Shown piece after piece: positions 36,533-47,569 of a stretch of 64,000 nt of DNA. The stretch is from positions 145,045,035-145,109,034 of the forward strand of contig NC_092375.1 in assembly GCF_030028105.1 (NCBI RefSeq), written 5' to 3'. Position 1 is the stretch's first letter, and each line of letters opens with the position of its first letter. Both the position numbers and the translations under genes were made by a program. Below the pieces are notes generated by a model that was not told the origin of the DNA, ran no database searches, and saw nothing but the letters and a program-made list of their open reading frames with translations. The stretch is from Mobula birostris. Lineage: Eukaryota.

Positions 36533-38220
36533 CCTTAGGGTCTTCGGGCCTGTCCTCAGGACCAAAAATTTCCCTTATTACTTGGTCAAGTTCCTGCGGT
36601 TCAGTGTCAGCTTCTTGTTGCTCTTGTCTGTCCCCTACTGTTTGTTCCTCTTCACCACTTACCTCAGGTGGCCCACCTGACTGTACCTGCGGGATTGCTC
36701 TAGTGCAGTGATTGAGATGATACCAGGTGGAGCGTCCTTCCACTGGAACTGCGGTGGGTGATGCTTTGGTTACTGTAAAGGGCCCTTCCCTTCTGGGTTC
36801 GTTCCACTTTCTTCGAAACGCTCGCACGTAGACTTGATCGCCTGGTTTGATTGGTCCTTCCCCTTGATCAATCTCTGGCTCTTTCTGTTTTTCCTGTGCA
36901 TAAATAGACTTATGTATCATAGTTAATTGTCGCATGTATTGTTTTAATTCCAATTCCAATTGTTCCAAACTAGGCCCTTTATATGGCCCTCTCCAGTGGG
37001 GCACTGGCATGGGCCTTCCGGTTAGCATTTCATGCGGTGTTAGACACGTCATCCGATTAGTCTGCGTGCGGTAACTCATTGTTGCTATCGGTAGTGCATC
37101 GACCCAGTTGAGTTTAGTATCTGCACAGATTTTGTTTAGTTTGGCTTTTCAGGTCCCGTTAATTCTTTCCACCATACCCTGCGACTGAGGGTGATACACA
37201 CATCCAAATCTTTGCTTTATTCTCAGTGCTTGCAGTATTAACTTGACCACTTTCTGGATGAAAGCTGAACCATTGTCTGAGCTAATTTCTGTCGGTATCC
37301 CAAACCTTGGGTTCACTTCGTGTGTCAGGAATTTCACCACTGTTCCTGCCCCTTGATCTTTCGAGGGTACTGCCTCTACCCATCTGCTGAATCTGTCGAT
37401 TACCACCAACATGTATCTTTTCCCTCTTACTGTTTTTATCATGTCTACATAGCCAATCACTAGGTGTTTAAATGGCCCTTCAGGTACGGGTATATGACCT
37501 ATTGGGGTTGTAATTCCTTTCCGAACATTATTCTGCACACATACCTCGCACTGTGACAACACATGGTCTACTGAAGCCTGTAAATAAGGTGACCAAAATC
37601 TGTCCTTTTTTTATTTTCCTTATTACTTCCCCCCTTGCACAATGATCCATCCCATGTGCTTCTGAGATCAGGATAGTCAGTAAAGGGGTGGGAGCTACCA
37701 GTAGGCCATCTTCCGTGGTCCATAGGCCTTCTGGGTTCTGCTTGGCCCCCCTTTGTCTCCACAGTGTTTGCTCTGCCAAAGTTGCCTTTTCCTGTATTTC
37801 AATCAGGTCCTCTACCATAGGTTCCGGCTCTAGACTTACCTGGGGTGCAATAACAGCGGATGTACACCCAGACGCTTTCCTGGCTGCTTCGTCTGCAGCT
37901 TGATTTCCCTTTGTTACTGCATCGTTTCCTTTGGACACTAATATCGGCAAAACTATTCCTTTGCTGCCCATCCCTAATCTCACTGGAGCTGTACCTTGTG
38001 TCAACTGTGTTTTTCCCGAGAACCCTACAGTCTTAATAAATTTTCCTGACATGGGAAGGTGAAGGGCATACTGCGGCTGTACGCAAGTATACATGGCTCC
38101 AGTATCTATCATCATTGGTGTCAGCTGCCCTTCTAACACAACCTGAACAATGGATTCCTCCTCTGCCTCCCTTGTTATCACTGGGTAGTGTCCCTTCCCA
38201 CCTGGGTTCTCTGGGCACCC
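36390..38220 (-). pseudogene. pol: pro-pol with RT/RNase H deleted; integrase disabled
   Basis: MIDTGA protease motif; GNQAADEAA RNase H tail; HHCC zinc finger; SDNGS, VERING, GPF. Frameshift near 37610, in-frame TGA at 37149-37151, first catalytic D read as G. Confidence 0.93.
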
Positions 38221-40396
38221 CTAATGTCTTGCATAGGGGTTCACGGGTCCATTCGGCCCTGCGGGGTCTGGTCCTTGGCTAGACTGTGGTTCCCTTCTCA
38301 TTGGTTCCCACTGGTATGTGACGGCCCATGGCCTAAGAGGGCAGTCCCTTCTCATGTGTCCTGGTTGGTTACATCCCCAGCACAGTCTCTGTATCTCTCT
38401 TCCCCCGTTTCCTTACTGGTCCTTCCTGCCCATAACCTCTCTGCCCCCCTCCTTGGGATTTCCAGTCCTGTCTGGGCTGCTGTTTAAATTTATCCTGTCC
38501 CTGGTAGGGTATTTGTGGAAAAGCACCCCCAAAGACGTTTATTATTGGCATGGGGGTTTCTGGGCTCTGTCTTACGGCATGACCGGTCCCTCCATGTAAT
38601 GGCATTTCATTCATTTCAACGGCTGTGCTCAAATCGGTCATTGCTGGCAGCATCTTCTTGCCTTTTTCTTTTTCCTTCTTTTTAAGTTCTTCAAGCTGCA
38701 TTTGTATCAGCTTTCTTTGCACTTCTTCTTGCTGCTCAGTCAACTTTCATTTGTCTTTTCGATATTTTTCGACCGCATGGACTACGTGGTCCCTGAATTC
38801 CTGTGGGGTCATTGTCATCAGTCCAACCACTTCCTCAAGTTTAGACTTAACTTGGGAAGGTATCGCATCCAAAACAGCATTTCGGAACATCCAAGTCATA
38901 AATGGGTTGCCTTCCACCTCTTGTTCAGTTTCCAGTCTCCACCTTTTCAACTGATTTTCTATATAGGCTGCTGGATTTTCAGTGTCTCCCAGTGGATCCC
39001 CTTTCATGGCTTTGGGGTCCATTTTGGGTGGATAGAGCTCCCTGAGGGCCCCCCATACCCTCTGCCTCACTGCGTCAAATCTGGCCCCGTCAATCAGTGT
39101 GCTGTCCGCATTCTGTATGCCAGCCGCTTCCATCAACTCTTGTAGTTTGGAGGTTCCCATCAGCCTTATCAGCAGCGCCTTCAAATCTCCCATAGCCAAC
39201 ATTCGTCCCGTGGTTTCTTCCTCAAAGGCCCTAATCCACTTCCCTGCACCCTCATGTAGGCTGGGCAGGGTGTTTTTCAGCCCTTCCAGGTCCTGGGATC
39301 CCCAAGGAATATACTGTACTTGTCCCAATCCTTTTACTAACAACGGCATCATTCTCCCTTTCCTTTCCCACATCTCCTGACTCTCCTCCTCGCCTGACTC
39401 CCCAGCTGTTTCTGAGCACGTTTTCACTGGCTGCCACATGATTCTTTCCGGGGTTTCCTATCTCCCTTGGCCTCCTCGTGGAGTTCTTCTTTCTGCCTTG
39501 AGCTAGCATTTGCTTTGGCCCATGCGAAATCCTCAAACTCTCGTTGGAAATTCAGTCTCCGCTGTAATTCCCTAATCTCTCCGTCTGTTTCTAATATCTG
39601 CCTTTTCACTCTCTCTTTTTCCCCTTCAAGGCTCCTGTCTCCTATCCTCTGCCTACATTCTCCGGCACCCTCTCTTTCGCTACTTAACTCTTGCCCACCC
39701 GACAAGTTACCTTCTGCTCTAGCCTGCTCAGCTCCGTGTCCATGTAACAGAGATTTCTCTTCATCCCTTTTCGCTTTTAATTCCTGTAACCCTTTGATCT
39801 CTTCTACTATTTCCCTTCTCTCCTGCTCTATCTTTGCCCTGTCTTCTTCTATTACCTTCCGTAGTTCCTCCTGCTTCTTTTCATGATTCTTTCTTTGCTC
39901 CTCGGAATCCCAGACTTTAATTTCTCCATTTTGATCCACTCTTCCTGTTATCATTGGACACTGCTTAAGGGTTTCTTTCTCATAATAGGGAGGAGGTTTT
40001 TCTACGTCTTTCAGGTGTGGGTATAGAGCCGAAGCCGACTCCCTGTTATGCTTTTCCTTTTCTTTATGAGACTGCTGGTTTCGTTTCTCAGTGTCTTTTT
40101 TAACTTACTATTAATATACTTCCCGTCTTCCTTAACCTTTCTCCCTCCATCCTAAAAAGTTTTAACACTTCCATTTCTTGTTCCCTTTCCCCCCTCTTTT
40201 CTTAGATTTATCTTTGGGTTTTAATTAGCGCTTCCATTTCCTCACATAAGCTTACATCAAATGTTCCTTCTCTTGGCCATTTCGTGACCAGTTCTTTAGT
40301 TCTTTTTTCCCATTTCTCTGAAATTTTCGCGATCTTACCTTGACACACCGGGAATTTTCTGCTCAATATTTCTACTGCTGTTCCTTTCTCTGTCAT
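38221..40396 (-). pseudogene. gag: gag (several frameshifts/stops), amber read-through junction
   Basis: MA-like WPREGTF; late domains LYPHL and PPPY near 39985-40027; capsid YIPW; zinc knuckle CWGCNQPGHMRRDC near 38341-38382; TAG-GGG in frame with pro. Confidence 0.9.
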
Positions 40397-40770
40397 GTTG
40401 TTCTCTTTTTCCTTTTTCTATTATGGTATTTTTAGAATCTCACTACTTGCCTATTTAATAGTACTATTTTTCTAACTCTATTTCTATGCCTAGTCTTATG
40501 GTTTATCTCACCCGCGTCTGAATTATCTATTAAACTATCTTTATCTCTTATTACGTTCTGCCCGTGCAGACCCAAACTTAGGGCGGTATCCACAGAACCT
40601 TTAACACCTCGCCTATGCAGCCCCTTATACTTCTTAAGGCGGTATTCACAAGGATTTTTAATTCTCCTTCCCTGCCTGTTCAGCCCTTCGTTTCGTGCGA
40701 AGCGGTATCCACAGGGATTTACCAACACCACGTGGAATTTTCTTACTTAAGTTATTATTACTTTATTCGT

Positions 40771-40779
40771 ACTTACCCC
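40771..40779 (-). promoter_or_regulatory. Probable major splice donor of ERV
   Basis: GGG|GTAAGT in the leader between PBS and gag. Confidence 0.65.
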
Positions 40780-41049
40780 CACGGCCGTGCTCTTGATTAA
40801 TCCTCTGAGCCTCCTTTTATCCCCAATTCTGCCAGATTCTTTGGATCGGAGAGACCCTTCGGCAGTTGCTTCACACTTCTGAGTCCCCGAGACCCCCCAA
40901 AACCAACAGAATTCTTAGTCCGAATTATCACAAAAAGCTGTCACCTTTTTACTTTGGGTGCACCCTTAATTCTGTTAGCCCCGTGAGGGTCCCCAAGGGA
41001 CCGGGAAGCGTCCCAATCTGCCGTTCCCTTCCTCGCGGGCCTCTATCCG

Positions 41050-41067
41050 ATCGTGTTCGTGACGCCA
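41050..41067 (-). promoter_or_regulatory. Primer binding site (tRNA uncertain, Lys3-like)
   Basis: TGGCGTCACGAACACGAT, 4 nt after the 5' LTR. Confidence 0.75.
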
Positions 41068-41071
41068 ATTT

Positions 41072-41667
41072 TGTCGTGGTTTCTCGTTTCTCACAAACGA
41101 CAAGGAGACGCAGAAAACTCGCCAAGACGTTTTAAACTTTAATTTGCAAATCAAAGCTGAGACAATCAGAAAGCTAGTAGCTGACTGCCCGTCGAGGCTT
41201 GTATACAACATTTTTTATAGCAATCTCCTATCTTAGCTACATTATCATATCCAGACGGCCTGTGATCACATATCATCAATACATCCGCTCTCGACCTTCC
41301 ACTATTGTTTTACTCCCCAATTTAATTATGTCCTAGTTTACATTTTAGACCAGGTGTCTCCTCATCCCTAACCACAGTTATTTCTTAATTAGTCTTGTTG
41401 TGACATACTACCACATATTTCATTACCTTACTCGCCACTGTTATCTTTCTACTTGGTTTCATTCTAGTTCTCTTCATGAATTAATAGTGATTAGGTCAAA
41501 AGTCATGGCTACATAGTGAATACCCTCTATTCAGCTAGCAGTGGTTACATAGTAAATATAGAAAATATAATGTGTGCATTTGAGTAAATACTGAAATACT
41601 GTTGAGAAAATATTGTAAATACTGTAATACATAGAAAATACAATGTATGCGTTTACATTTTCCAATA
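41072..41667 (-). repeat. 5' LTR of young ERV
   Basis: Copy of 34077-34672; TATA box TATAAAAAA at 41211-41219. Confidence 0.97.
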
Positions 41668-41671
41668 ATGC

Positions 41672-42555
41672 TCAAGGTGGCCATCATGGACAAAGAGCAT
41701 CTGTTCCACAGAATCATCGTCTAGTCTATGTTTTGTTTGCCAATGTAGAGGAAGCCACATTGTGAACACAGAGTGCAACGGACCAAGGTAGAGGAGGAGA
41801 ACATGAATCTCTGCCTCCCCTGAGAGAGCTGTTTAACTCACTAGTTGGTGGGGAAAAAGGAGGTGAATGGATAACTCCTAAAGTTGCTGGGGAAAGCGCC
41901 TGGGACAGAGAAAGCTGGGTGGGGAGAGATAAGCAGAGCAGGAAGTCGTGGAAGGTCTGGTCCCTGTGGAAAGCAGAAAGGGGGATCTCATGCAGTTGGT
42001 GAAAGGACGTGTGGGATATTAAGGCTGGTGGGGTTAAAGGTGAGGACTAAAAGAACTCTATCTCTGTTTTGAGTGAAGGGACACAGGGTAAGAGCAGATT
42101 TATGGGAAATGAAGGAAACGAGAGATAGGAGCTCAACAACCACAGTAGAGGGGAAGCATATTTCCTTAAAAATGAGAATATTCATAAGTCCTAGAGTGGA
42201 AAGCCTCATCCTGAATACAGATGTGGCAGAGACAGAGAAACTGAGAGAAGGAGATGGCATCCTTACAGAGACAGGTTGGGAGGAGTTGTAGTCAGGGTAG
42301 TTGTGAGAGTCAATAAGTTTCTAGTAAATGTCAGTCCATGGTTTGTCTTTTGAGGCAGAGGCAGAGATCCAGAAAGGAAAGAAAAGCATCTGAGTAGTCC
42401 AGGTGAATTTGAAGGCAGGATGGAATATGGTGACAGTACTGGTAAAATTGATGGGTTCTGCACAAACACTGAAGCAGCACCAATACATTTGTGAATGCTT
42501 CACAGGGAAAGAGTTAGGCTTAGAAAAAGGACTACTCCATAGAGCCAACACAAGG
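41672..42555 (-). mobile_element. Decayed PLE RT/endonuclease fragment (host of the ERV insertion)
   Basis: RDRVLLVLTFNP, FKEICFP motifs; continues the PLE left at 33300. Confidence 0.65.
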
Positions 42556-42559
42556 TCAA

Positions 42560-42831
42560 GGTGTAGTTGATGACTGTGCAGCCCCTGACCAACCAGCCGC
42601 ACCAAACGGCAACCCATATATTTAATCCTAGCCAAATCACATGACGATTTACAATGACCAGTTAACCTACAAACTGGTACATCTTTGGAATGTGAAAGGA
42701 AACCAGAGCACCCGGAGAAAGTCCAGGTATTTACAGGGAGGGCATACACACTCCTGACAGATGGTGCCGGAATTGAACTCTCAACTCTGACACCCTCAGC
42801 TGTCATCACTTCACACTAACTGCTGTGTGCC
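42560..42831 (-). mobile_element. tRNA-derived HE1/V-SINE
   Basis: B box GAGTTCAATTCC and V-domain TTTCTCCGGGTGCTCTGGTTTCCT on the minus strand. Confidence 0.75.
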
Positions 42832-43104
42832 ATTTTCAAAAGGTTGGAGGACATTGGAGGTGCCTGGATGTGGGTGGGAATGGACTGGCTAAAGGGAGGC
42901 AGATAGAGTCAAGGCATGAAGAAATTTGGTGGCTCAAGAGCAGGCAGTTCTGTTGTGATGAAATTGAGATGGATATCTTCAGCATTCACATAGACATGAC
43001 ATTCACAGTGTGTCTTTGAATAATGTCAGGGATACGATAGAAAAGGAAGGGCCAGGGATCAATCCTTATAGAACTCCAGAGGAATTGTTTCAACAAGTAT
43101 TGAC

Positions 43105-43245
43105 TATGAGACCATAAACTATAGGAGCAGAAGTAGGCCATTCAGCCCATCGAGTCTGTTCTGACATTCAATCATGGGCTGATCCAATTCTTCCAGTCAT
43201 CCCCACTCCCCTGCCATCTTCCCATACCCTTTGATGCCCTGGCTA
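43105..43245 (-). repeat. CR1 3' tail
   Basis: Matches the tail at 55860-55965 in reverse. Confidence 0.75.
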
Positions 43246-43485
43246 TCTTGTTGGACAGAACAAATAACAGGGCAAATAAGAAACAAACTTAGTACTGGTG
43301 TGTTACAAGCAGAAAAGCTCATGGCTTGACGGAGTGATGCAGAGAATAAGGCAACTGAAGGATCGGGATGGCAAGAACAAAGTACAGATCACAGCTGGGC
43401 TATTGCTGTGTAAGTAGAATCTGTCTGGACTTACTTTGAAGAGTAAAATATAAATAGTTTCAGTATGGAAATGAACCAGTAGCTC

Positions 43486-43752
43486 TTGTATTGATTGATG
43501 CAAAAGATTTGCAGGATTAGTTAACCTTATTACTAGCAATGGTAAAAGCCACCACCATCACTAATTTTTGTGCTGTGATGGTGAGTTTTCAGACCTTTGT
43601 TAATAAGGTTAATTAATCCTGCAAATCTTTTGCATCAATCAACACAATAAGTTTTATGAATTAATTGAATATTGCAGGATTATGAAAATTATATCATATA
43701 TTTATGATTTTCCTTATTATCATAGCTTTCATGATATAATTTCCGTAATCCT
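43486..43752. repeat. Two adjacent AT-rich long palindromes
   Basis: Hairpin 43486-43647 and hairpin 43676-43752. Confidence 0.85.
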
Positions 43753-44639
43753 ACTTAATACATTCAGGTTTTCATCCTGACCCACAGATGCTATACTTTC
43801 CTGTGCATTAGGGGCAATTTACAATGACAATCTGACCTCTCAGCCGACACGTCTTTGGGACGTGGTCACGATGCCAGTGGAGTCAGGTTTCAACAGATCC
43901 TGCTGGAGCTGAGAGGTAGCAGCGCTTCCAGCTGTGCTGCAGGGACTTCAGCTTGTGATTATTACCATGAAGCGCCCTGAACTTCCCCTCTACATAAAGG
44001 GGCTGCAGATGCTGGAATCTGCAGCAACAAGCAATCTGCTGGAAAAACTACGCAAGTTGAACAGCATCTGTGGGGGAAAGAAATCCTCCAGATGCTGCTC
44101 CGTCTGCCGAGTTCGTCCAGCAGTCCATTGGTCACCCCCCCCCCCCGCGCTGACATTGATTAGTTCGCCAGCCACCTCCACCTTGAACTGTGCACTCTCA
44201 ATCTTGCGCTTGACTTCTTGAGGCTTTCTCCCTCCTTTCTGCTCTTCCGTCCTCCATGTACTCCGCCCCCGTTTCGTTCTGGTCTCTTGACTGCCCGCAG
44301 TTTTTCACACTCAGTACAGGCCTTGTGCTCGCTGCTCTGTGGGCATTGTGCTCAAAAGCTCTCTGCTGAGCTTTCCTTTTATCCCATACACACACTTTCC
44401 TGATTCAAGATGCTCCTTGAAATCTAAATTAGTGAGCAAGAGCACCATGACATCTCTCATTGGTTTGGTGTCAACCTGGTTGGGTCCAAGCTTTGCTGCA
44501 TTAAATAGAAATGAAAAGAAATGAATTGAATAGAAAAGTTACTAGTGTGTTAGAATTTTTTTATTCAACTTTCAAGCTTATCAAATTGCATTCAGGGTAA
44601 TAATATCTGAATTTTACTCTGTTATCTTCCTTGTGCCCT

Positions 44640-45950
44640 GTTTTGGAATGACGCGGGTAAGCCAGCACGTGCCCTCTCGTAAGCCACACAGGAAAGCTTC
44701 TTTTTGTTTGTCAAAACTGGCAAGCGTTATTACATATTTGTGAATAACTCTAGATATAAATATTAACAATTTGCAAAACAAAGTGAAATAAAACACCTAC
44801 ATAATTGAAACCGGGAAACAACCGCAAATCGTTCGTTCAGATCAATGCCCTCGCCGAGAGCGCGGGGAAGGCGGTCTGAGCGGCAGCGCTCACTGGAACG
44901 GGGTTTCAGCCCCACAGCGAGTCCAGCAGCCGAGCCCGGTCAGAGGGTCGAGCGCTGCCGAATTCCTGAAACTGAACCGGCACCTGGGCGAAAGAAAACA
45001 TTGACGGCAAGAAAAGAACTATGATTTGCTAAATTTCCCCTTCTTACTAAGCTTGCCAATGTGTGCAAAAAAATTTAAATTCAGACTACTTTTTTGACAG
45101 AAGACAACTGGTCCATTTTATTTGACTGTAGTGTTTCAATGAAGAACTGTAAGATTTACGAGATGAACTCAGTGCATTATTACATTTGTACTCGGGGTAA
45201 CGCCGTGCCTTCTGCAGGAGATGGCGCAGTGGTAACTATGTTATAAATCCCGAACTTCCTACTCTTTCTTCACCGCTCTGAATAGTACGTAATGAGTGTT
45301 TAAGAGAACACGTCCTGGCAATTTATATTTCCCCACGTAGAAGACAACGGGCTTTAAACGAAGTCCTTAATTACGATTTTCCCTACTGATGCAGACTTCA
45401 CGCTATTAACAGAGATTAACTACTCAGCCCTTCTTCTTTGCAATTGCAAGGAGTTAAGTTCATGAAGGAAGAAATTATTTTATTTCACGAGGGGGACTGC
45501 TTTTGTGATAAATTATTCAGTCGTGTACAGAGGGAGGGTGAATCCCAGACTGTGGGCATAATGGTTCGGAGGCAGATTGAACTCCACCAGTGCTCTCGAG
45601 TTCATGAAGGTCAACAGTTTAAAATCAAAATCTATTAGAATCTGATATCTCTCAGTCCACGAGCCTCCTGGTAATCAACTTGCTCCCCAGTTTTTCGACG
45701 TGCTGAGAAAAAAAAAGTCGAGAAGTGTGAAGATCTCTGCGCTGGACAGCGATTGGACTAGCGGGACTCCAAAAGCCAAGCCTGGTCGTTGCAGGATGGA
45801 GGAACCGTCCGGTCTCGGTGTGCTCTCGCTGTTGTACTGCTGCTTTGCCTTGACTCCACAGGTAAGCCTCTTGAAAGCAAATAAATCTGGGACGAAATCA
45901 GCCTGGACCATTGCTGAAGCATCTCAGCTCGTACATATTCCGTAGTGTTA
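44640..45950. promoter_or_regulatory. CpG-retaining, TE-free promoter region
   Basis: High CpG density relative to flanks; inverted CCAAT near 45752; precedes a signal-peptide exon. Confidence 0.6.
45796..45861 (+). CDS. Probable first coding exon (signal peptide) of an unidentified secreted or membrane protein gene
   Basis: Kozak AGGATGG; MEEPSGLGVLSLLYCCFALTPQ hydrophobic core; donor CAG|GTAAGC, phase 0; lies in the CpG-rich region. Confidence 0.65.
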
Positions 45951-46484
45951 GCTTAGATGTCAACAACTAAAATTGCACCAGACAATGGGCAAATTATTCC
46001 CGATTCAGTTACTTAACATGTCTAATGTTAAGTGTATTTCCGAAGATATATTTTATTTATGTCTGCTACACAGGCCTTTGATTTGATATATAGTATAATC
46101 AAGAGTTTTTAGAAGTAATTGTTTCGTTTTCTTTGCGGATAAGTGTCTTTGTTAGCAATAATTGTATAAATTGCAATAACTGGAATTTCTATGAAATCTA
46201 CAGTTATTACCAGATCGGGAAGAATGTTTTTTTGTTAATACTTAAATTGCTTGAAATATCATGGTTCAGATCATGGCCACAAAAATCTGTACATCAAATT
46301 CAACAACAAAAGAAGATTTATACCAAAGGAAAAGAAGTGCCTCCAGCAAATGTAAAAAGGGAATAAAGCTAGCTAGAGTAAACGTGGGTCCCTTTTAGTT
46401 AAACACCAAAGAAGTTAGTTGGTAAAATGTTTTTTTTGTGTCACATCTACCAATGTATAGTGCCTACATTTCCATACAATTAAT

Positions 46485-47283
46485 AGCAGATGGATTACAG
46501 TACAGGACAGTGTGTGGTCATGCATTTTGGAAGCAGGAATAAAGTCATAGGCTATTTTCTAAACAGGGAGAAAATTCAGAAATTAGAGGTGCAAAGCGAT
46601 TTGGGAATCCTAGTGCAGGATTCCGTAAAGGTTAACTTGCAGGTTAAGTTGGTGGTAAGGAAGACAAAGGCAATGTTAGCTTTCATTTTAGGAGGAGTTG
46701 AATAAATAAAGAAAAAAATGGATGTAATACTGCTGTGACTGTACTTGGAGTATTGTGAGTAGTTTTGGGTCTCTTATCTAAGAAAGACCTGGCATTGGAG
46801 AGGATACAGATGAGGTTCATGAGAATGATTCCAGGAGTGAAAGGGTTAACATACAAGGAGCACTTGACTGCTCTGGAGTTTAGAAATTTGAAGGAGGATC
46901 TTATTGAAAAGGATTGGATATCAGAAAATTAGGTAGAATTGGCATGGAAAGGATGTTTCCAATGGGGGGGAAGTCTAGGACCAGAGGGCACAGGCTCACA
47001 AAACAAGAATGTCTCTTTAGAACGTAGATAGGGAGGAATTTCTTTACAAAGAAGATGATGAATCTGTGGAATTCATTCCCACGGGCAGCTGTGGAAGCCA
47101 AGTCATTGGGTATATTTAAAGCAGTGATTGATAGATTCTTCATTAGTAAGGGTGTCAAAGATTACATGAGAAGACAGGAGAATGAGGTTAAAAAGGATAA
47201 TAAATGAGACATGCTGGAATGGCAGAGCAGACTCGATGGGCCAAATGGCCTAATTCTGCTCCTTTTTCTTATGGTCTTATGAT
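46485..47283 (+). mobile_element. CR1 3' fragment
   Basis: CVVMHFG, QSDLGILV; tail TCTTATGGTCTTAT. Confidence 0.85.
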
Positions 47284-47569
47284 TATTTCATCACATCAGA
47301 GCATTGAGGTTGTACAAAGGAAACCAATCGTAGCATGCACAATGAATTGTTACAATTACAGAGAAAGTGTGGTGCAAGCAGATGACAAGGTTCAATGTTA
47401 CAATGAGGTAGTGAAGCCGAGGGTCCATCTTACTGAACTAGGGAACCATTCAGCTGTTTTATAATGGTGGAATAGAAGCTGAATTTGAGCTGGGTGACAT
47501 GTGTTTTCAGGTTTTAGAATAACAAATTTATAATAGGGAATAAAAAAGGCAGAAAAGTTAAACAACTCT

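Larger units (their letters stand above)
34077..41667 (-). mobile_element. Endogenous retrovirus (class I, gamma/epsilon-like), LTR-gag-pro-deltaRT-IN-env-LTR
   Basis: Two 596-bp LTRs (about 10 differences by eye); TSD ATGC at 34073-34076 and 41668-41671; PBS, PPT, gag, pro, IN and env motifs. Confidence 0.97.

Noticed and set aside
42780-42831. tRNA gene
   Set aside because: Only a degenerate tRNA-derived SINE head; no cloverleaf.
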